Positions 33,967-44,668 of a stretch of DNA of 64,000 bases are shown here, one piece after another. The stretch lies in assembly GCA_965215505.1 (NCBI GenBank), contig OZ244065.1, positions 1,984,001 through 2,048,000 on the forward strand. Direction: 5' to 3'. Under the pieces are notes generated by a model. The model was given only the letters and a program-made list of their open reading frames with translations, was not told the DNA's origin and searched no databases. Origin of the DNA: Capsulimonadaceae bacterium (GTDB taxonomy: Bacteria > Armatimonadota > Armatimonadia > Armatimonadales > Capsulimonadaceae). The translations under genes and the position numbers were made by a program. Within the stretch, counting starts at the first letter, position 1; each line of letters opens with the position of its first letter.

Positions 33967-34398
33967 CTAGGCGATGTCCTGCGGCTTCTGCGCCTGATGC
34001 GGATGGTCTGCACCGCCGTAGATGCGGAGCTTCTTGAGGGTCTGCGCTCCCAAAGTGTTGTGGGGCAGCATGCCCTTGACGACGCGCATGAGGGCGGCGA
34101 CCGAGTCCTTCTCGATCTCCCGGCCGCGCGTGACGCTTCGGATGCCGCCGGGGTACAGGGTGTGCCGGTAGACAGGCTCGTCCTTCTTGTTGTTGCCGGT
34201 CAGCAGGACCTTGTCGGCGTTGATGATGATGACGTGATCGCCGCAGTCCACATGCGGGGTCCATTCCGGCTTGTTCTTGCCGCGCAGGATCTTCGCCACC
34301 TCGACGGCGAGCCGGCCCATAGACTGGCCCGTGGCATCAATCGTGATCCACTTCCGGTTCTGCTCCATCTCCAGCGGCTTTGCGCTATAGGTTGCCAT
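33967..34398 (-). CDS. rplM: 50S ribosomal protein L13
   Basis: GKNKPEWTPHVDCGD, HPHQAQKP. Confidence 0.98.
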   Translation of the reverse strand: MATYSAKPLEMEQNRKWITIDATGQSMGRLAVEVAKILRGKNKPEWTPHVDCGDHVIIINADKVLLTGNNKKDEPVYRHTLYPGGIRSVTRGREIEKDSVAALMRVVKGMLPHNTLGAQTLKKLRIYGGADHPHQAQKPQDIA

Positions 34399-34432
34399 TT
34401 TGTTTCTCCAAGTGTCGCTTCACAATGTCTGT

Positions 34433-35179
34433 TCAGTAGTCCACACGCAGTAGGCACAGGCCCTGCGGCGCGGCGGGCGGGATCGGGTTCAGGGCGCGAT
34501 CACGCCGCGCGAGTATTTCTTCCAAGATCGTCGGCGGCAGCTCGCCCGCCCCAACGGCGACCAGGCCGCCCACCAGATTACGGACCATTGAGCGCAGGAA
34601 GCCATTCGCGGTGACAGTCACCAGCAGGCCGTTCTGCATCCGTCGCACGGAGAGCCGGGACAGGTCCCGTGTCGTCGTCCGGCCCGGATTGCCCCCGGCG
34701 CGGGCGAAAGAGGCGAAGTCGTGCGCCCCGACCAGAGGGGCCGCCGCCTGCCGCATCAGCGCGACATCCAGAGGGCGGCGGTAGTGCAGGCTGTAGCGGC
34801 CCCAGATCGCCGAGCGGGTGCGCCGCGTCCAGATCAAATAGCCGTAGGTGCGTTGCCGGGCCGAGAACCGGGCGTGAAAGTCGGGCACGGCTTCCTCTGC
34901 CCGCGCGACGGCCATGTCGGGCGGGAGCAGGCTGTTCAGGGCGATAGCCCAGCGGTCAGTCGGCAGTGCGCTCTCCGTCTCGAACGACACGACCTGGCCT
35001 AAAGCATGGACGCCGACGTCGGTCCGACCTGCGCCGTGCAGGGTAATCTCCTCGCGCGGCACGAGTGTCGCCACTGCCTTCGCCAGAACCGATTGTACAG
35101 TGCGCTCACCCTTGCCTTGCACCTGGTAGCCCCGGAAGTCGGTGCCGTCGTACTCTAGGGTCAGCTTGAGCCTACGCAC
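34433..35179 (-). CDS. truA: tRNA pseudouridine(38-40) synthase
   Basis: EYDGT.F.GYQ, GRTDVGVHA, FHARF, FLRSMVR. Confidence 0.96.
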   Translation of the reverse strand: MRRLKLTLEYDGTDFRGYQVQGKGERTVQSVLAKAVATLVPREEITLHGAGRTDVGVHALGQVVSFETESALPTDRWAIALNSLLPPDMAVARAEEAVPDFHARFSARQRTYGYLIWTRRTRSAIWGRYSLHYRRPLDVALMRQAAAPLVGAHDFASFARAGGNPGRTTTRDLSRLSVRRMQNGLLVTVTANGFLRSMVRNLVGGLVAVGAGELPPTILEEILARRDRALNPIPPAAPQGLCLLRVDY

Positions 35180-35191
35180 AGTCCCTCGGGC

Positions 35192-35605
35192 CTAACGGGC
35201 GTGACCGGGCTGGCCGGTCTTCTCGGGCGCGGTCGGCATCCCGAACTCGCGGTCCGTGATGAGCGAGAGCTGCACGATGGTGGCCGCATCGCCCCGGCGC
35301 TGGCCGATCTTGACGGTGCGGGTGTAGCCGCCCGGCCCGGTCTTGAACTCGGGCGCGATCTGCGTGAACAGGTGATGCACCAGAGTCTCGTCGCCGAGGA
35401 AACGGCGAGCCTCACGGCGCGTGTGGACAGTGTCCACACGGGCGCTCGTGATCATCTTCTCGGCGATGGAGCGCACGTCTTTGGCGCGCGTCTCGGTCGT
35501 CTTGATGGTCTGGTAGGTAAACAGGGCGCGGACAAGCCCTTTGAGCAGGGCGCGGCGCTGGTCGCTGGGCAGGCCGAACTTACGGCCGCCGATCCGGTGA
35601 TTCAT
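35192..35605 (-). CDS. rplQ: 50S ribosomal protein L17
   Basis: IKTTETRAK, GGYTR...RRGDAA. Confidence 0.97.
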   Translation of the reverse strand: MNHRIGGRKFGLPSDQRRALLKGLVRALFTYQTIKTTETRAKDVRSIAEKMITSARVDTVHTRREARRFLGDETLVHHLFTQIAPEFKTGPGGYTRTVKIGQRRGDAATIVQLSLITDREFGMPTAPEKTGQPGHAR

Positions 35606-35617
35606 GGGTGGTTCCTT

Positions 35618-36685
35618 TTACTCTTCGTCCGTCCCGGCCACAGCCGCGTCGTCTTCCTCTTCGGCGTCGTCCTCGTCGGCGTAGGCGGTGTCGTCGTCCG
35701 TCGCGCCCAGGATGCTCAGGCCGAGCGAGGAGAGCTTTTCCTTGACCTCGGTCAGCGACTTCTTGCCGAAGTTGCGAATCTGCATCAGCTCGCTCTCGGA
35801 GATCTGGAGCAGGTCGCCGATGGTCAGGACGTTCGCCTTCTTCAAGCAGTTGTAGGTGCGGACCGAGAAGTCAAGCTCCTCGATGCGCGCATCCGGTGCG
35901 CCGCCCGCGCCGACTGGGAAGCTGACACCGTTCAGGCCGCCGGGTCGCCCGCCAAGCCCCTGCGGGAACTCGACGAACCGGTGGAAGAACGTCTCCAGCA
36001 GGTAGGCCGCCTGGCTGAGAGCGTCGCCCGGCGCCATGGTGCCGTTGCTCCAGATCTCCAGAGTCAGCCGCTCGAAGTCGGTCTTGAAGCCGACGCGGGT
36101 GGCCTCCACGTTGAACGACACTTTGCGGACGGGCGTGAAGGATGCCCCGATGGGGATCACGCCGATGACCTGCTTGCTCTTGTCCTGCTTCTCCGGGAGG
36201 ACGTACCCCTTGCCCTCATCCACGGTCAATTCCATGGACAGGTGGGTCTTGTCATCGGCCAGTGTCGCCAGATGCACTTCAGGGTTCACGATCTCGACAT
36301 CGCTGGGGCACTGGATGTCCGCGCCGGTCACATGGCCCGGCCCGGTGACATCAATCTTGATGACGTGCGGGTCCGGCTTGACGCCGTTGGACAGGACGCC
36401 GTTGCGGCCGTGGACCTTGACGAACAGGTCCTTCAGGTTCAGGATCAGCTCCGTGGTGTCTTCTTTGACGCCCGGAATGGTCGAGAACTCGTGCAGCACG
36501 CCGTCAATCTTGATGGACGTGACGGCCGCGCCGGGGATGGACGACAGCAGGACGCGGCGCAGGGAGTTCCCCAGCGTCACGCCGTAGCCGCGCTCCAGCG
36601 GTTCCACCACGAACTTGCCGTAGGTGTCGGTCTGCTCCAGCGTCTCGATGCGCGGGGCAGCCGGGTCCATTGTCATCTCTGGCAT
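35618..36685 (-). CDS. rpoA: RNA polymerase alpha subunit
   Basis: EPLERGYGVTLGNSLRRVLL, SVRTYNCLK, NFGKKSL. Confidence 0.99.
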   Translation of the reverse strand: MPEMTMDPAAPRIETLEQTDTYGKFVVEPLERGYGVTLGNSLRRVLLSSIPGAAVTSIKIDGVLHEFSTIPGVKEDTTELILNLKDLFVKVHGRNGVLSNGVKPDPHVIKIDVTGPGHVTGADIQCPSDVEIVNPEVHLATLADDKTHLSMELTVDEGKGYVLPEKQDKSKQVIGVIPIGASFTPVRKVSFNVEATRVGFKTDFERLTLEIWSNGTMAPGDALSQAAYLLETFFHRFVEFPQGLGGRPGGLNGVSFPVGAGGAPDARIEELDFSVRTYNCLKKANVLTIGDLLQISESELMQIRNFGKKSLTEVKEKLSSLGLSILGATDDDTAYADEDDAEEEDDAAVAGTDEE

Positions 36686-36815
36686 CGTATTTGCGTTTCA
36701 CTCCTCCAGGTCATCCCACGGGAAGCGGCCTTTGGGCGTACAGGCGAAAACCCGCCGTTTCAGTGCGGCGGGTTTCAGTCCCGGCGTCAGGCCGTCCAAT
36801 GCGGGGCCTGATCCA

Positions 36816-37466
36816 TTATCGCGAGTAGTACTCGACGATCAACTGCTCGGCGACATCGGTGTCGATCATGTCGCGGGTGGGCACGGCGATGACCTTGCCG
36901 ACCAGGGAGTTGGCGTCGAAGGTCAGCCACTCCGGGATGCGCCGGCCCATGCCCCGCAGCGAGTCCAGCATGGGCTGGAGCTTGCGGCTGTTGTCATGGA
37001 CGGTGATCACATCGCCGACGCGCACCTGGTACGAGGGGATGTCCACGCGCTTGCCGTTGATCAGGAAGTGGCGGTGCGAGACGAACTGGCGGGCCTGGGC
37101 GCGCGACGCGCCGAGGTTGAGCCGGTAAATCACGTTGTCCAGCCGGGTTTCCAGCAGGGACAGGATGTTCTCGCCGGTGACTCCCTTGCGCCGCAGAGCC
37201 TCATCCACATAGTTGCGGAACGGACGCTCCAGGACGCGGTAGGTCCGCTTCATCTTCTGCTTCTCGCGGAGCTGATGGGCGTACTCGGTGGTCTTCTTCT
37301 GCATCCCCTGGCCGTGCATGCCCGGCGGGTAGTTGCGGCGCTCAATGGCGCACTTCTTGCTGTAGCAGCGGGTGCCCTTCAGGTAGAGCTTCACGCCTTC
37401 GCGGCGGCACTGCCGGCAGCGGGCGTCACCCGACTTGCTGACGGGTCCTTTTTTAACGGCGGTCAT
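36816..37466 (-). CDS. rpsD: 30S ribosomal protein S4 (Zn-binding C+ type)
   Basis: CRQCRREG...C...C, LREKQK, LETRLDN, IVEYYSR. Confidence 0.98.
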   Translation of the reverse strand: MTAVKKGPVSKSGDARCRQCRREGVKLYLKGTRCYSKKCAIERRNYPPGMHGQGMQKKTTEYAHQLREKQKMKRTYRVLERPFRNYVDEALRRKGVTGENILSLLETRLDNVIYRLNLGASRAQARQFVSHRHFLINGKRVDIPSYQVRVGDVITVHDNSRKLQPMLDSLRGMGRRIPEWLTFDANSLVGKVIAVPTRDMIDTDVAEQLIVEYYSR

Positions 37467-37513
37467 CGGTTCTCATTTCTCCAAAAGCGAGGCGTAGGCA
37501 CGAGGCGCGGCGG

Positions 37514-37909
37514 TTAGACGCGGCGGCGCTTGGGGGGGCGGCAGCCGTTGTGCGGGATCGGGGTCACATCCTTGATGATGCTCACCTCAATGCCGACCGC
37601 CTGCAAGGCGCGAATGGCCGTCTCGCGGCCCGAGCCAGGCCCCTTGACGTGAACGTCAACCCGGCGCAGGCCGTGTTCCTGCGCCTTGCGGGCGGCGTTC
37701 TCTGCCGCGAGCTGTGCGCCGAACGGGGTGCCCTTGCGCGAGCCTTTGAAGCCGACGGAGCCGGCGCTGGCCCAGGAAATCAGGTCTCCCCGCGTGTCGG
37801 TAATCGAGACGATGGTGTTGTTAAAGGTACTCTGAATATGCACAAGTCCCTGTGCGATATTCTTCTTCTCTTTCGGCTTCTGCCGCTGCGTGGTTTTCTT
37901 CTGTGCCAT
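37514..37909 (-). CDS. rpsK: 30S ribosomal protein S11
   Basis: [26 protein letters not shown]. Confidence 0.98.
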   Translation of the reverse strand: MAQKKTTQRQKPKEKKNIAQGLVHIQSTFNNTIVSITDTRGDLISWASAGSVGFKGSRKGTPFGAQLAAENAARKAQEHGLRRVDVHVKGPGSGRETAIRALQAVGIEVSIIKDVTPIPHNGCRPPKRRRV

Positions 37910-37999
37910 TCGGTCTGTGCTGTCTCCTATCATCCCGTCCCAACACCGGGCAAGGCGAGGGGCGGTACAGGAGGGCGTAACGATTTACGCCCCTGTTAT

Positions 38000-38377
38000 T
38001 TACTTCTTGACTTTCTTCTTGCCAGCGACGGCGCGGCGCGGGCCACGGCGGGTGCGGGCATTGCTCTTGGTCTTCTGACCACGCACGGGGAGGCCCTTAC
38101 GGTGGCGGATGCCCCGGTAGCAGCCGATCTCGGACAGCCGCCGGATGTTGATCTGGATCTGCCGCTTCAGGTCGCCTTCGACCCGGTAGTCGCGCTCGAT
38201 AGTCTCGCGCAGCTTGTTCGTCTCGACCTCGGTGAGATCGCGGACGCGCGTATCAACGCTGACGCCGTTCTTCTCAAGGATGTCGCGGCTGCTAGTCAGG
38301 CCGATGCCGAAAATGGAAAGGAGCGCGTACTCTACCCGCTTGTCGCGCGGCAAGTCGACGCCTGCAATACGTGCCAA
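38000..38377 (-). CDS. rpsM: 30S ribosomal protein S13
   Basis: [25 protein letters not shown] start. Confidence 0.98.
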   Translation of the reverse strand: MARIAGVDLPRDKRVEYALLSIFGIGLTSSRDILEKNGVSVDTRVRDLTEVETNKLRETIERDYRVEGDLKRQIQINIRRLSEIGCYRGIRHRKGLPVRGQKTKSNARTRRGPRRAVAGKKKVKK

Positions 38378-38403
38378 AAGAGCCTCCTAAATGGTCGGGG
38401 CGA

Positions 38404-38517
38404 TCAGCCCTGTCGCTGCTTGTGCTTCTTGATGACGCAGATGACGCGCACGACGCCGTCGCGCTTGATCACCTTGCACTTGTCACAAATCTTCTTGACG
38501 GAAGGCCGTACTTTCAT
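38404..38517 (-). CDS. rpmJ: 50S ribosomal protein L36 (C+ type)
   Basis: [37 protein letters not shown]; manual translation. Confidence 0.97.
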   Translation of the reverse strand: MKVRPSVKKICDKCKVIKRDGVVRVICVIKKHKQRQG

Positions 38518-38526
38518 CGTCGTCTC

Positions 38527-38811
38527 CTACTTGTAGCGGTACAGGATGCGGCCACGGGTCGGGTCATAGGGAGACAGCTCCACTTTGACGCGGTCGCCGG
38601 GCAGAATCTTGATGAAGTTCATGCGGATCTTGCCGCTGACCTGGGCCAGCACTTGATGTCCGCCCTCTAGGTTGACACGAAACATCGCGTTCGGAAGCGT
38701 CTCGGCGATGGCACCCTCGACTTCGAGGGCCTTCTCCTTCGCATACGTTTCCGACTCTTCGGCGCGGCGCTCATCGCGCGCGACATGCTGCTTGCGTGGT
38801 CTTCGAGCCAT
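38527..38811 (-). CDS. infA: Translation initiation factor IF-1 with N-terminal extension
   Basis: [31 protein letters not shown]. Confidence 0.96.
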   Translation of the reverse strand: MARRPRKQHVARDERRAEESETYAKEKALEVEGAIAETLPNAMFRVNLEGGHQVLAQVSGKIRMNFIKILPGDRVKVELSPYDPTRGRILYRYK

Positions 38812-38819
38812 AGATTAAG

Positions 38820-39608
38820 TTATTTCTCCTGCGAGGGCGGCAGGGTCAGGATGTCCGGGCCGTCCTCAGTGATCGCAACGGTGTGTTCGAAGTGTGCCGA
38901 CAAAGAGTTGTCTGCGGTGAAGATGGTCCAGACATCGCCCTTGTGGTGGCCGACGTCCGATCTGCCGATGTTGACCATCGGCTCGATGCAGATGGTCATG
39001 CCCGCTTGCAGCCGGTCCCCACGGCCCGGCTTGCCGTAGTTCGTGACCTGCGGGTCCTCATGCGGGGTCTGCCCGATGCCGTGTCCGACCAGATCACGCA
39101 CCACATTGTAGCGGCTGCGCTCAACATGGCGCTGGATCGCGCCGCCGATGTCCCCGAGCGTGTTGCCGACGCGTGCCTGCGAAATGCCCTTGAATAGCGC
39201 CTCGCGCGAGACCGTCAGCAGGTTCTTGGCCGAGGCGGAAACCACGCCCACGGGTACAGTCAGAGCAGCATCCGCGCACCAGCCGTCCACGGAAGCGTCT
39301 AAGTCGAGGCTGACGATGTCGCCGACCTTCAGCACACGCTTTGGGCTTGGCACCCCATGAACGACCTCGTTGTTGACCGAGACGCAGGTGTTGTGCTTAT
39401 AAGGCACACGGCTGAAGCTAGGCTTGTAGCCCAGCAGTGCCGCCTTCGCGCCCCGGCGCTTCAGGACCTCTGCGGCCACTTCGTCCAGGTCCTGCGTCGT
39501 CGTCACGCCTGGAACGATGGCATCGCGCATGGCTGCCAGGGCTTCCGCGACGACACGCCCGGCCCGGCGCATCATCTCGATCTCTTCCGCAGTCTTGAGC
39601 CGAATCAT
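38820..39608 (-). CDS. map: Methionine aminopeptidase type I
   Basis: SVNNEVVHGVP, GHGIG..PHEDP, IEPM, SAHFEHT. Confidence 0.97.
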   Translation of the reverse strand: MIRLKTAEEIEMMRRAGRVVAEALAAMRDAIVPGVTTTQDLDEVAAEVLKRRGAKAALLGYKPSFSRVPYKHNTCVSVNNEVVHGVPSPKRVLKVGDIVSLDLDASVDGWCADAALTVPVGVVSASAKNLLTVSREALFKGISQARVGNTLGDIGGAIQRHVERSRYNVVRDLVGHGIGQTPHEDPQVTNYGKPGRGDRLQAGMTICIEPMVNIGRSDVGHHKGDVWTIFTADNSLSAHFEHTVAITEDGPDILTLPPSQEK

Positions 39609-39614
39609 CCGCGT

Positions 39615-39643
39615 AGTATACCCTTAAAATCCACGATTTGCAA
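39615..39643 (-). promoter_or_regulatory. Internal leaderless promoter for map
   Basis: TTGCAA-N17-TATACT-N6-ATG, overlapping the end of adk. Confidence 0.7.
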
Positions 39644-40271
39644 GCGCCCAATCAGGTAACGCGCTCAAAATACGAGCAGTGACCGTCGCAGGCACTCCCA
39701 GAGCGTCTATACGGATCAGCAAACCGCGACGCCCATAGTAAGCTTGAAGCGGTTCCGTGACCCGGTGGTATAGCTCCAGGCGATGCCGTACCGCCTCGGG
39801 GCCATCGTCGGGTCGGCGCACAAGGCGCGTCCCATCCCGATCGCAGACGCCGGGAAGCTTCGGCGGGTGGGTCTCAAGATGGTATGTGGTCTTGCAGTGT
39901 GGGCAGAGCAGCCTGCCTGAAAGCCTCTCGATGAGGGCTTCATCTGCCACAATCAAATCAACGACTACATCAAGAGGCGCTTCAAACGCTTCGGCCTGAG
40001 CCGTGTCACGTGGGAAGCCGTCTAAGATAAACCCACCATCGGCGTCAGGTTCGGCGAGCCGCTTCCTGACCCAATACAGAACATCAGTGTCCGACGCGAA
40101 GTTCCCGGCAGCGATCTGCGCCTCGACCCTCCGCCCGAACTCAGTGCCCCGAGCGATCTGGTCACGGATGATCTCCCCAGTCGCGACATGCGGCACACCA
40201 AAATTCCGTGCCAGTGCGGGACCCTGAGTTCCCTTGCCCGCGCCCGGCGGACCGAGCAAAACCATACGCAC
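39624..40271 (-). CDS. adk: Adenylate kinase (Zn-type LID)
   Basis: GPPGAGKGTQ, LDGFPR, CPHC...CDRD. Confidence 0.95.
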   Translation of the reverse strand: MRMVLLGPPGAGKGTQGPALARNFGVPHVATGEIIRDQIARGTEFGRRVEAQIAAGNFASDTDVLYWVRKRLAEPDADGGFILDGFPRDTAQAEAFEAPLDVVVDLIVADEALIERLSGRLLCPHCKTTYHLETHPPKLPGVCDRDGTRLVRRPDDGPEAVRHRLELYHRVTEPLQAYYGRRGLLIRIDALGVPATVTARILSALPDWALANRGF

Positions 40272-41662
40272 TAGCGGATGAAGCCCTCGTAGTTCCGCAT
40301 GAGAAGCTGTGCCTCAATCGCCCGCATCGTGTCGAGCGCGACGCCGACTACGATCAGGAGCGAGGTGCCACCGACCAGAGTGAACTGGTTGGCCCCGTTT
40401 GTCCCCGTGAGTGCGGGAATCCAGTATTGCAGCAGCGCGATGAAAGCCAGGAACAACGCACCGGCCAGAGTGATGCGGGTCATCACGCGGTCTAGATATT
40501 CCATCGTCGGCTTGCCCGGCCGGATGCCGGGGATGAAAGACCCGTACTTCTTGAGATCGTCCGTGATCTGCTCGACGTTCATCGTGACCGCCGTATAGAA
40601 GTATGTAAAGAACACGATGATGGCCGCATAGATCAGGGCGGCAATCGGGCTATAACCAGGCTGCATGATCGCCGAGGCTTTAGTCAGGAACGGCGATAGG
40701 GCCGACGTCTTCGGGACAAATGTCGCGAACGTCTGCGGCAAAAGCTGGATGGACAGCGCGAAGATAATCGGGATGACGCCCGCTTGTGCGACCTTAAAGG
40801 GCAGGTAAGACGTGCCGCCCTGGGACATCTTGTTGCCGACGATCTTGCGGACATGCTGGATCGGGATCTTGCGCTCACCCAGGGTGACGAAGACGACGCC
40901 GATGACCGTTGCGAAGAACGCGATGACGAGGATAAGCACCTGCCAGGGCTTGATCGTCCCGGCGATGACGCCTTCCCCCACGCCGACAAGCTGGCTCGGC
41001 AGCCGAACCATGATGCCGCAGAAAATAATCAGCGAGACGCCGTTGCCAATGCCCTTATCCGTGATCTGCTCGCCGAGCCACATCAGGAACGAGGTGCCGG
41101 CAATCATCGTCAGGATGATCTCGAAGCTCATGGGCAGCGAGCTGCTCAGGACGTGGTTGCTGCGGAGGTACAGGACAAACCCGGTCGCCTGCGCCAGTGC
41201 CAGCCCCATCGTCAGGTAGCGCGTGTACTGCGCGATACGCTTGCGGCCCGACTCGCCTTCCTTGGACATCTCCTGCCAGGAGGGGATGGCGAAGGTCAGG
41301 AGCTGCATGATGATCGAGGCATTGATGTATGGCACGATCCCCATGGCGAAGATCGTGAACTTTTTCAAGGCACCGCCTGAGAAGACGTCCACCAGGTTCA
41401 GGATGCCGCCGCCGGATCTGTTGAACAGCGTCGCCATCGCGTCCGAACTGATGCCCGGCAGGGGGATGTGCAGGCCGATCACATAGACGCCGAACATGGC
41501 GAACACGAACAGCAGCCGACGCCGCAGCTCCGGGATCGCCCAGGCCGCCACCATCGCCTCGATGAAAGGCGTGTTTGACGTCCGGGGCGGGGCGGGCGGC
41601 CTTCGCCCGCCCCCGCCTCCGGGGGCAGGGGCGGCATTAGCGGTAGGTCTTTTTACAGCCAT
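40271..41662 (-). CDS. secY: Preprotein translocase SecY
   Basis: FAMGIVPYINASII, GIGNGVSLIIF, FIPGIRPG, GGTSLLIVVGV. Confidence 0.99.
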   Translation of the reverse strand: MAVKRPTANAAPAPGGGGGRRPPAPPRTSNTPFIEAMVAAWAIPELRRRLLFVFAMFGVYVIGLHIPLPGISSDAMATLFNRSGGGILNLVDVFSGGALKKFTIFAMGIVPYINASIIMQLLTFAIPSWQEMSKEGESGRKRIAQYTRYLTMGLALAQATGFVLYLRSNHVLSSSLPMSFEIILTMIAGTSFLMWLGEQITDKGIGNGVSLIIFCGIMVRLPSQLVGVGEGVIAGTIKPWQVLILVIAFFATVIGVVFVTLGERKIPIQHVRKIVGNKMSQGGTSYLPFKVAQAGVIPIIFALSIQLLPQTFATFVPKTSALSPFLTKASAIMQPGYSPIAALIYAAIIVFFTYFYTAVTMNVEQITDDLKKYGSFIPGIRPGKPTMEYLDRVMTRITLAGALFLAFIALLQYWIPALTGTNGANQFTLVGGTSLLIVVGVALDTMRAIEAQLLMRNYEGFIR

Positions 41663-41674
41663 CGGTCTGCCTCG

Positions 41675-42130
41675 TTAGACAATCTCGGTCGTGCCGCCCA
41701 GGGCGGCGATCTTTTCCTGGGCGCTCTTGGAAAACTGGGTCGCGCGGACGGTCAGCTTCTTGGTCAGCTCACCGTTGCCCAAAATCTTGACGCCGTCTTC
41801 CAGGTCGCCGATCAGGCCGGCTTCAAACAGGGTTTCTATGGTCACAGTCGCGCCGTCTTCAAAGCGCTCCAGTGCGCTGAGGTTGACGACGGAGTAGCCG
41901 ACCTTGGGGGGGGCGTTGAAGCCTCCCTTGCCTGGGATGCCCCGGAGCTGGGGGAGGCGGCGGTGCAGCGGCGTCTGACCGCCCTCAAAGCCAGGCTTGG
42001 TGTTGCCGCGCGCCTTGTCGCCCTTGTGGCCGCCGCCGGACGTCTTGCCCGTGCCGGAGCCGGGGCCGCGCCCGATGCGCTTGCGTTCTTTGCGCGCGCC
42101 CTCATTAGGTTTTAGTTCAGAGAGATTCAT
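41675..42130 (-). CDS. rplO: 50S ribosomal protein L15
   Basis: [19 protein letters not shown]. Confidence 0.98.
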   Translation of the reverse strand: MNLSELKPNEGARKERKRIGRGPGSGTGKTSGGGHKGDKARGNTKPGFEGGQTPLHRRLPQLRGIPGKGGFNAPPKVGYSVVNLSALERFEDGATVTIETLFEAGLIGDLEDGVKILGNGELTKKLTVRATQFSKSAQEKIAALGGTTEIV

Positions 42131-42390
42131 TGTCCAACTCCAAGCCCTTCATGGGGGCCAAAATGTTTCTTGCGCCCGATCTTCGGCGCGGGCTTAGACA
42201 CCAACTCACCTTCCGCCGTCTCGACAGTGAGGACGTGCGTGATCTTCTTGATCATGCCGCGGATGGGTGCGGTGTTGGGCTGGCTGACGCTGGACCCGAC
42301 TTTGTTCAGGCCCAGGGCGCGTGCGGTGAGCCGCTGGCTCTTCTCGTAGCCGATCAGGCTGCGGGTAAGGGTGATCTTCAAATCGGCCAT
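42127..42390 (-). CDS. rpmD: 50S ribosomal protein L30
   Basis: [11 protein letters not shown]...ALGL...IRGMI; C-terminal extension. Confidence 0.95.
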   Translation of the reverse strand: MADLKITLTRSLIGYEKSQRLTARALGLNKVGSSVSQPNTAPIRGMIKKITHVLTVETAEGELVSKPAPKIGRKKHFGPHEGLGVGQ

Positions 42391-42393
42391 GGG

Positions 42394-43113
42394 TTAAGCT
42401 CCTTCAGCCGGAGAGGCCGTGGGTGAGGACTGCGCGACATCGGCGGCGTCCACAGGCTGTGCGACCGCGCCGGGCGTTTCCATCGTCAAGGCTTCGGCGG
42501 GGGGCGTCTCGGCGGCAGTGGACTGGATCACGGTCGGCTCATCGGAAACGACGCTGGCGATGCCCTGCGCCGAGTCTTCCTGCTCCGCCTCACGGGAGGC
42601 GTCGGCGACGGCCTTGGAAACCAGGTCGTTGACGTTCAGGCCGCGCAGGCGGGCGACGTCGGTCGCCCGCTTGAGCTGCTTCAGGGCGGCGATGGTCGCC
42701 CAGGCCGTGTTGACCTTGTTGGACGACCCGAGCGACTTCGCCAGGACGTCCTTAATGCCGGCCGCTTCCAGGATGGCGCGGACCGAGCCGCCCGCGACGA
42801 CGCCCGTACCGGGCGAGGCGGGCTTCATCAGGACTTCCGCACCGCCCTGCCGGAGCAGGACATCATGCGGGATCGTCGTGCCGACCATCGGCACATGGAT
42901 GAGGCTGCGGCGGGCCGCTTCCACACCCTTGCGGATGGCGTCCGGGATGGCGCGCGCCTTGCCCAGCCCGGCACCGACGTAGCCGTTGCCGTCACCGACA
43001 ACGACGAGGATGCTCCAGGACATGGTCCGGCCACCCTTGTGGGTCTTCTGGACTTTATTCGTTTGGATGACGCGCTCTTCCAGGTTGAGCGTGTCCGGGT
43101 TGATCAGTGCCAT
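42394..43113 (-). CDS. rpsE: 30S ribosomal protein S5
   Basis: [24 protein letters not shown]; acidic tail. Confidence 0.98.
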   Translation of the reverse strand: MALINPDTLNLEERVIQTNKVQKTHKGGRTMSWSILVVVGDGNGYVGAGLGKARAIPDAIRKGVEAARRSLIHVPMVGTTIPHDVLLRQGGAEVLMKPASPGTGVVAGGSVRAILEAAGIKDVLAKSLGSSNKVNTAWATIAALKQLKRATDVARLRGLNVNDLVSKAVADASREAEQEDSAQGIASVVSDEPTVIQSTAAETPPAEALTMETPGAVAQPVDAADVAQSSPTASPAEGA

Positions 43114-43116
43114 AGG

Positions 43117-43491
43117 TTAGAAATCCAGTCCATTCTCGCGCGCCGCGTCGGCCAGAGCCTGAACGCGCCCGTGATAGAGGTAGCCGCCGCGGTCGAAGAC
43201 GACCTTGGTGACACCCGCCGTCTTCGCGCGCTCCGCGATGAGAGTGCCCACGGACTTGGCCGCGTCGATGTTGCCGCCCGCGCTCTTCGCGGGCTTGTCG
43301 CCGCGCAGCGAAGCGTCGAGCGAGGAGGCCGCCGCCAGGGTCCGCCCGGCGAGGTCATCAATGACCTGTGCGTAGATGTTGTTGGAGGAGCGGTAGATGT
43401 TCAGCCGGGGCCGCTCGGTCGTGCCGTTGACGCGCTTCCGAACCCGTGTGTGACGCTTCTGCCGCGTCTCGTTTTTGTTGATCTGTGCCAT
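43117..43491 (-). CDS. rplR: 50S ribosomal protein L18
   Basis: RPRL...[18 protein letters not shown]. Confidence 0.98.
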   Translation of the reverse strand: MAQINKNETRQKRHTRVRKRVNGTTERPRLNIYRSSNNIYAQVIDDLAGRTLAAASSLDASLRGDKPAKSAGGNIDAAKSVGTLIAERAKTAGVTKVVFDRGGYLYHGRVQALADAARENGLDF

Positions 43492-43600
43492 AGTATTCGA
43501 GTTTCCTCTTGGCCCACCGTGTCACGGACGCAGCAGCGTCCGCGTTATGAGCCGGATGATCCGCATGATGCCAGATAAGAGGGCGTGATGAATCACGTCC

Positions 43601-44191
43601 CTACTTCTTGCCGCCCTTGCTGCCGCCTTTGCCGCCCGCCTTGCCGCTCTTGCCGGCCTTGCGGCGGACGATCTCGCCCTGATAGCGGATGCCCTTGCCC
43701 TTGTACGGCTCCGGCGGCTTCAGCTTGCGGATGAAGGCGGCCTGCTGGCCGACCGCCTCTTTGTCAATGCCGAGGATGGTGATGAACGGACGCCGCGTAG
43801 CGGCATCCTGGCCGACCTCGAAGGTGACGCCGCCGAGCGGCTCGATGGGGACCTGGTGCGAGAAGCCCAGGTTCAGGAGCAGGCGCTGGCCGTCTTTGGC
43901 GGCACGGTAGCCGACGCCCTCGATCTCCAGCACACGCCTGTATCCCGCCGAGACGCCGACGACCATGTTGTTGACGAGGGACCGGGTCAGCCCGTGCAGG
44001 GCGCGGTCTTCCTGACCGTCGGTGGGGCGCTTGACCAGCAGGGTGCCGTCCGCCTGCTCGACGCTCATGCGCGGGTGGATCTGGCGGGACAGCGAGCCTT
44101 TCGGCCCCTTCACCGTCAGCGTGCCGTCTTTGGCAGCCTGGACTTCCACACCCTGCGGCAGCGGAATCGGGAGTTTTCCGATACGAGACAT
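43601..44191 (-). CDS. rplF: 50S ribosomal protein L6
   Basis: MSRIGK, PEPYKGKGIRY. Confidence 0.98.
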   Translation of the reverse strand: MSRIGKLPIPLPQGVEVQAAKDGTLTVKGPKGSLSRQIHPRMSVEQADGTLLVKRPTDGQEDRALHGLTRSLVNNMVVGVSAGYRRVLEIEGVGYRAAKDGQRLLLNLGFSHQVPIEPLGGVTFEVGQDAATRRPFITILGIDKEAVGQQAAFIRKLKPPEPYKGKGIRYQGEIVRRKAGKSGKAGGKGGSKGGKK

Positions 44192-44201
44192 GGGGGACTC
44201 C

Positions 44202-44603
44202 TTAAGAAACGTAGGCCATGACTTCGCCGCCGATGCCCAGCTTGCGGGCCTTCTTGGCGGTCATGACGCCCTGCGAGGTGCTGACGATGGCGATGCCCAG
44301 GCCGCGAAGGACCGTCGGCAGCTTGTCGTGCGGCCGGTAGATCCGCAGGCCGGGCTTGGAAACGCGCTTGATGGTGGTGATGACCTTCTCGCGGTTGCGC
44401 GCCCCGTACTTGAGGGTGACTTTGATCTTGTCCTGCACGGGCTGCGAGATGACCTCGTAGGACTTGATGTAGCCCTCTTCGTGCAGGATGCGGACGACTT
44501 CGATTTTGAGCTTGGACGAATCGACTTCCAGCGACTCGTGGTTCGCCGAGTTGGCGTTACGAATGCGCGTGAGAAGATCGGCGACTGGATCACTGACCGG
44601 CAT
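44202..44603 (-). CDS. rpsH: 30S ribosomal protein S8
   Basis: DPVADLLTRIRNA, SKPGLRIY, STSQGVM. Confidence 0.98.
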   Translation of the reverse strand: MPVSDPVADLLTRIRNANSANHESLEVDSSKLKIEVVRILHEEGYIKSYEVISQPVQDKIKVTLKYGARNREKVITTIKRVSKPGLRIYRPHDKLPTVLRGLGIAIVSTSQGVMTAKKARKLGIGGEVMAYVS

Positions 44604-44668
44604 GTGTTAATTCTCCCATCAGACGGACGGCGGACCGGGCCGCCGTCTCGATATGGTTCGTTGATGTT

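Noticed and set aside
33531-34013. Apparent 469-aa PfkB with a long N-terminal extension
   Set aside because: The extension overlaps rpsI/rplM in another frame; the kinase motif starts right after the rpsI stop.
44620-44650. Hairpin before rpsH as an S8 autoregulatory site
   Set aside because: Only a generic GC stem is visible; the S8-binding internal loop cannot be confirmed by eye.
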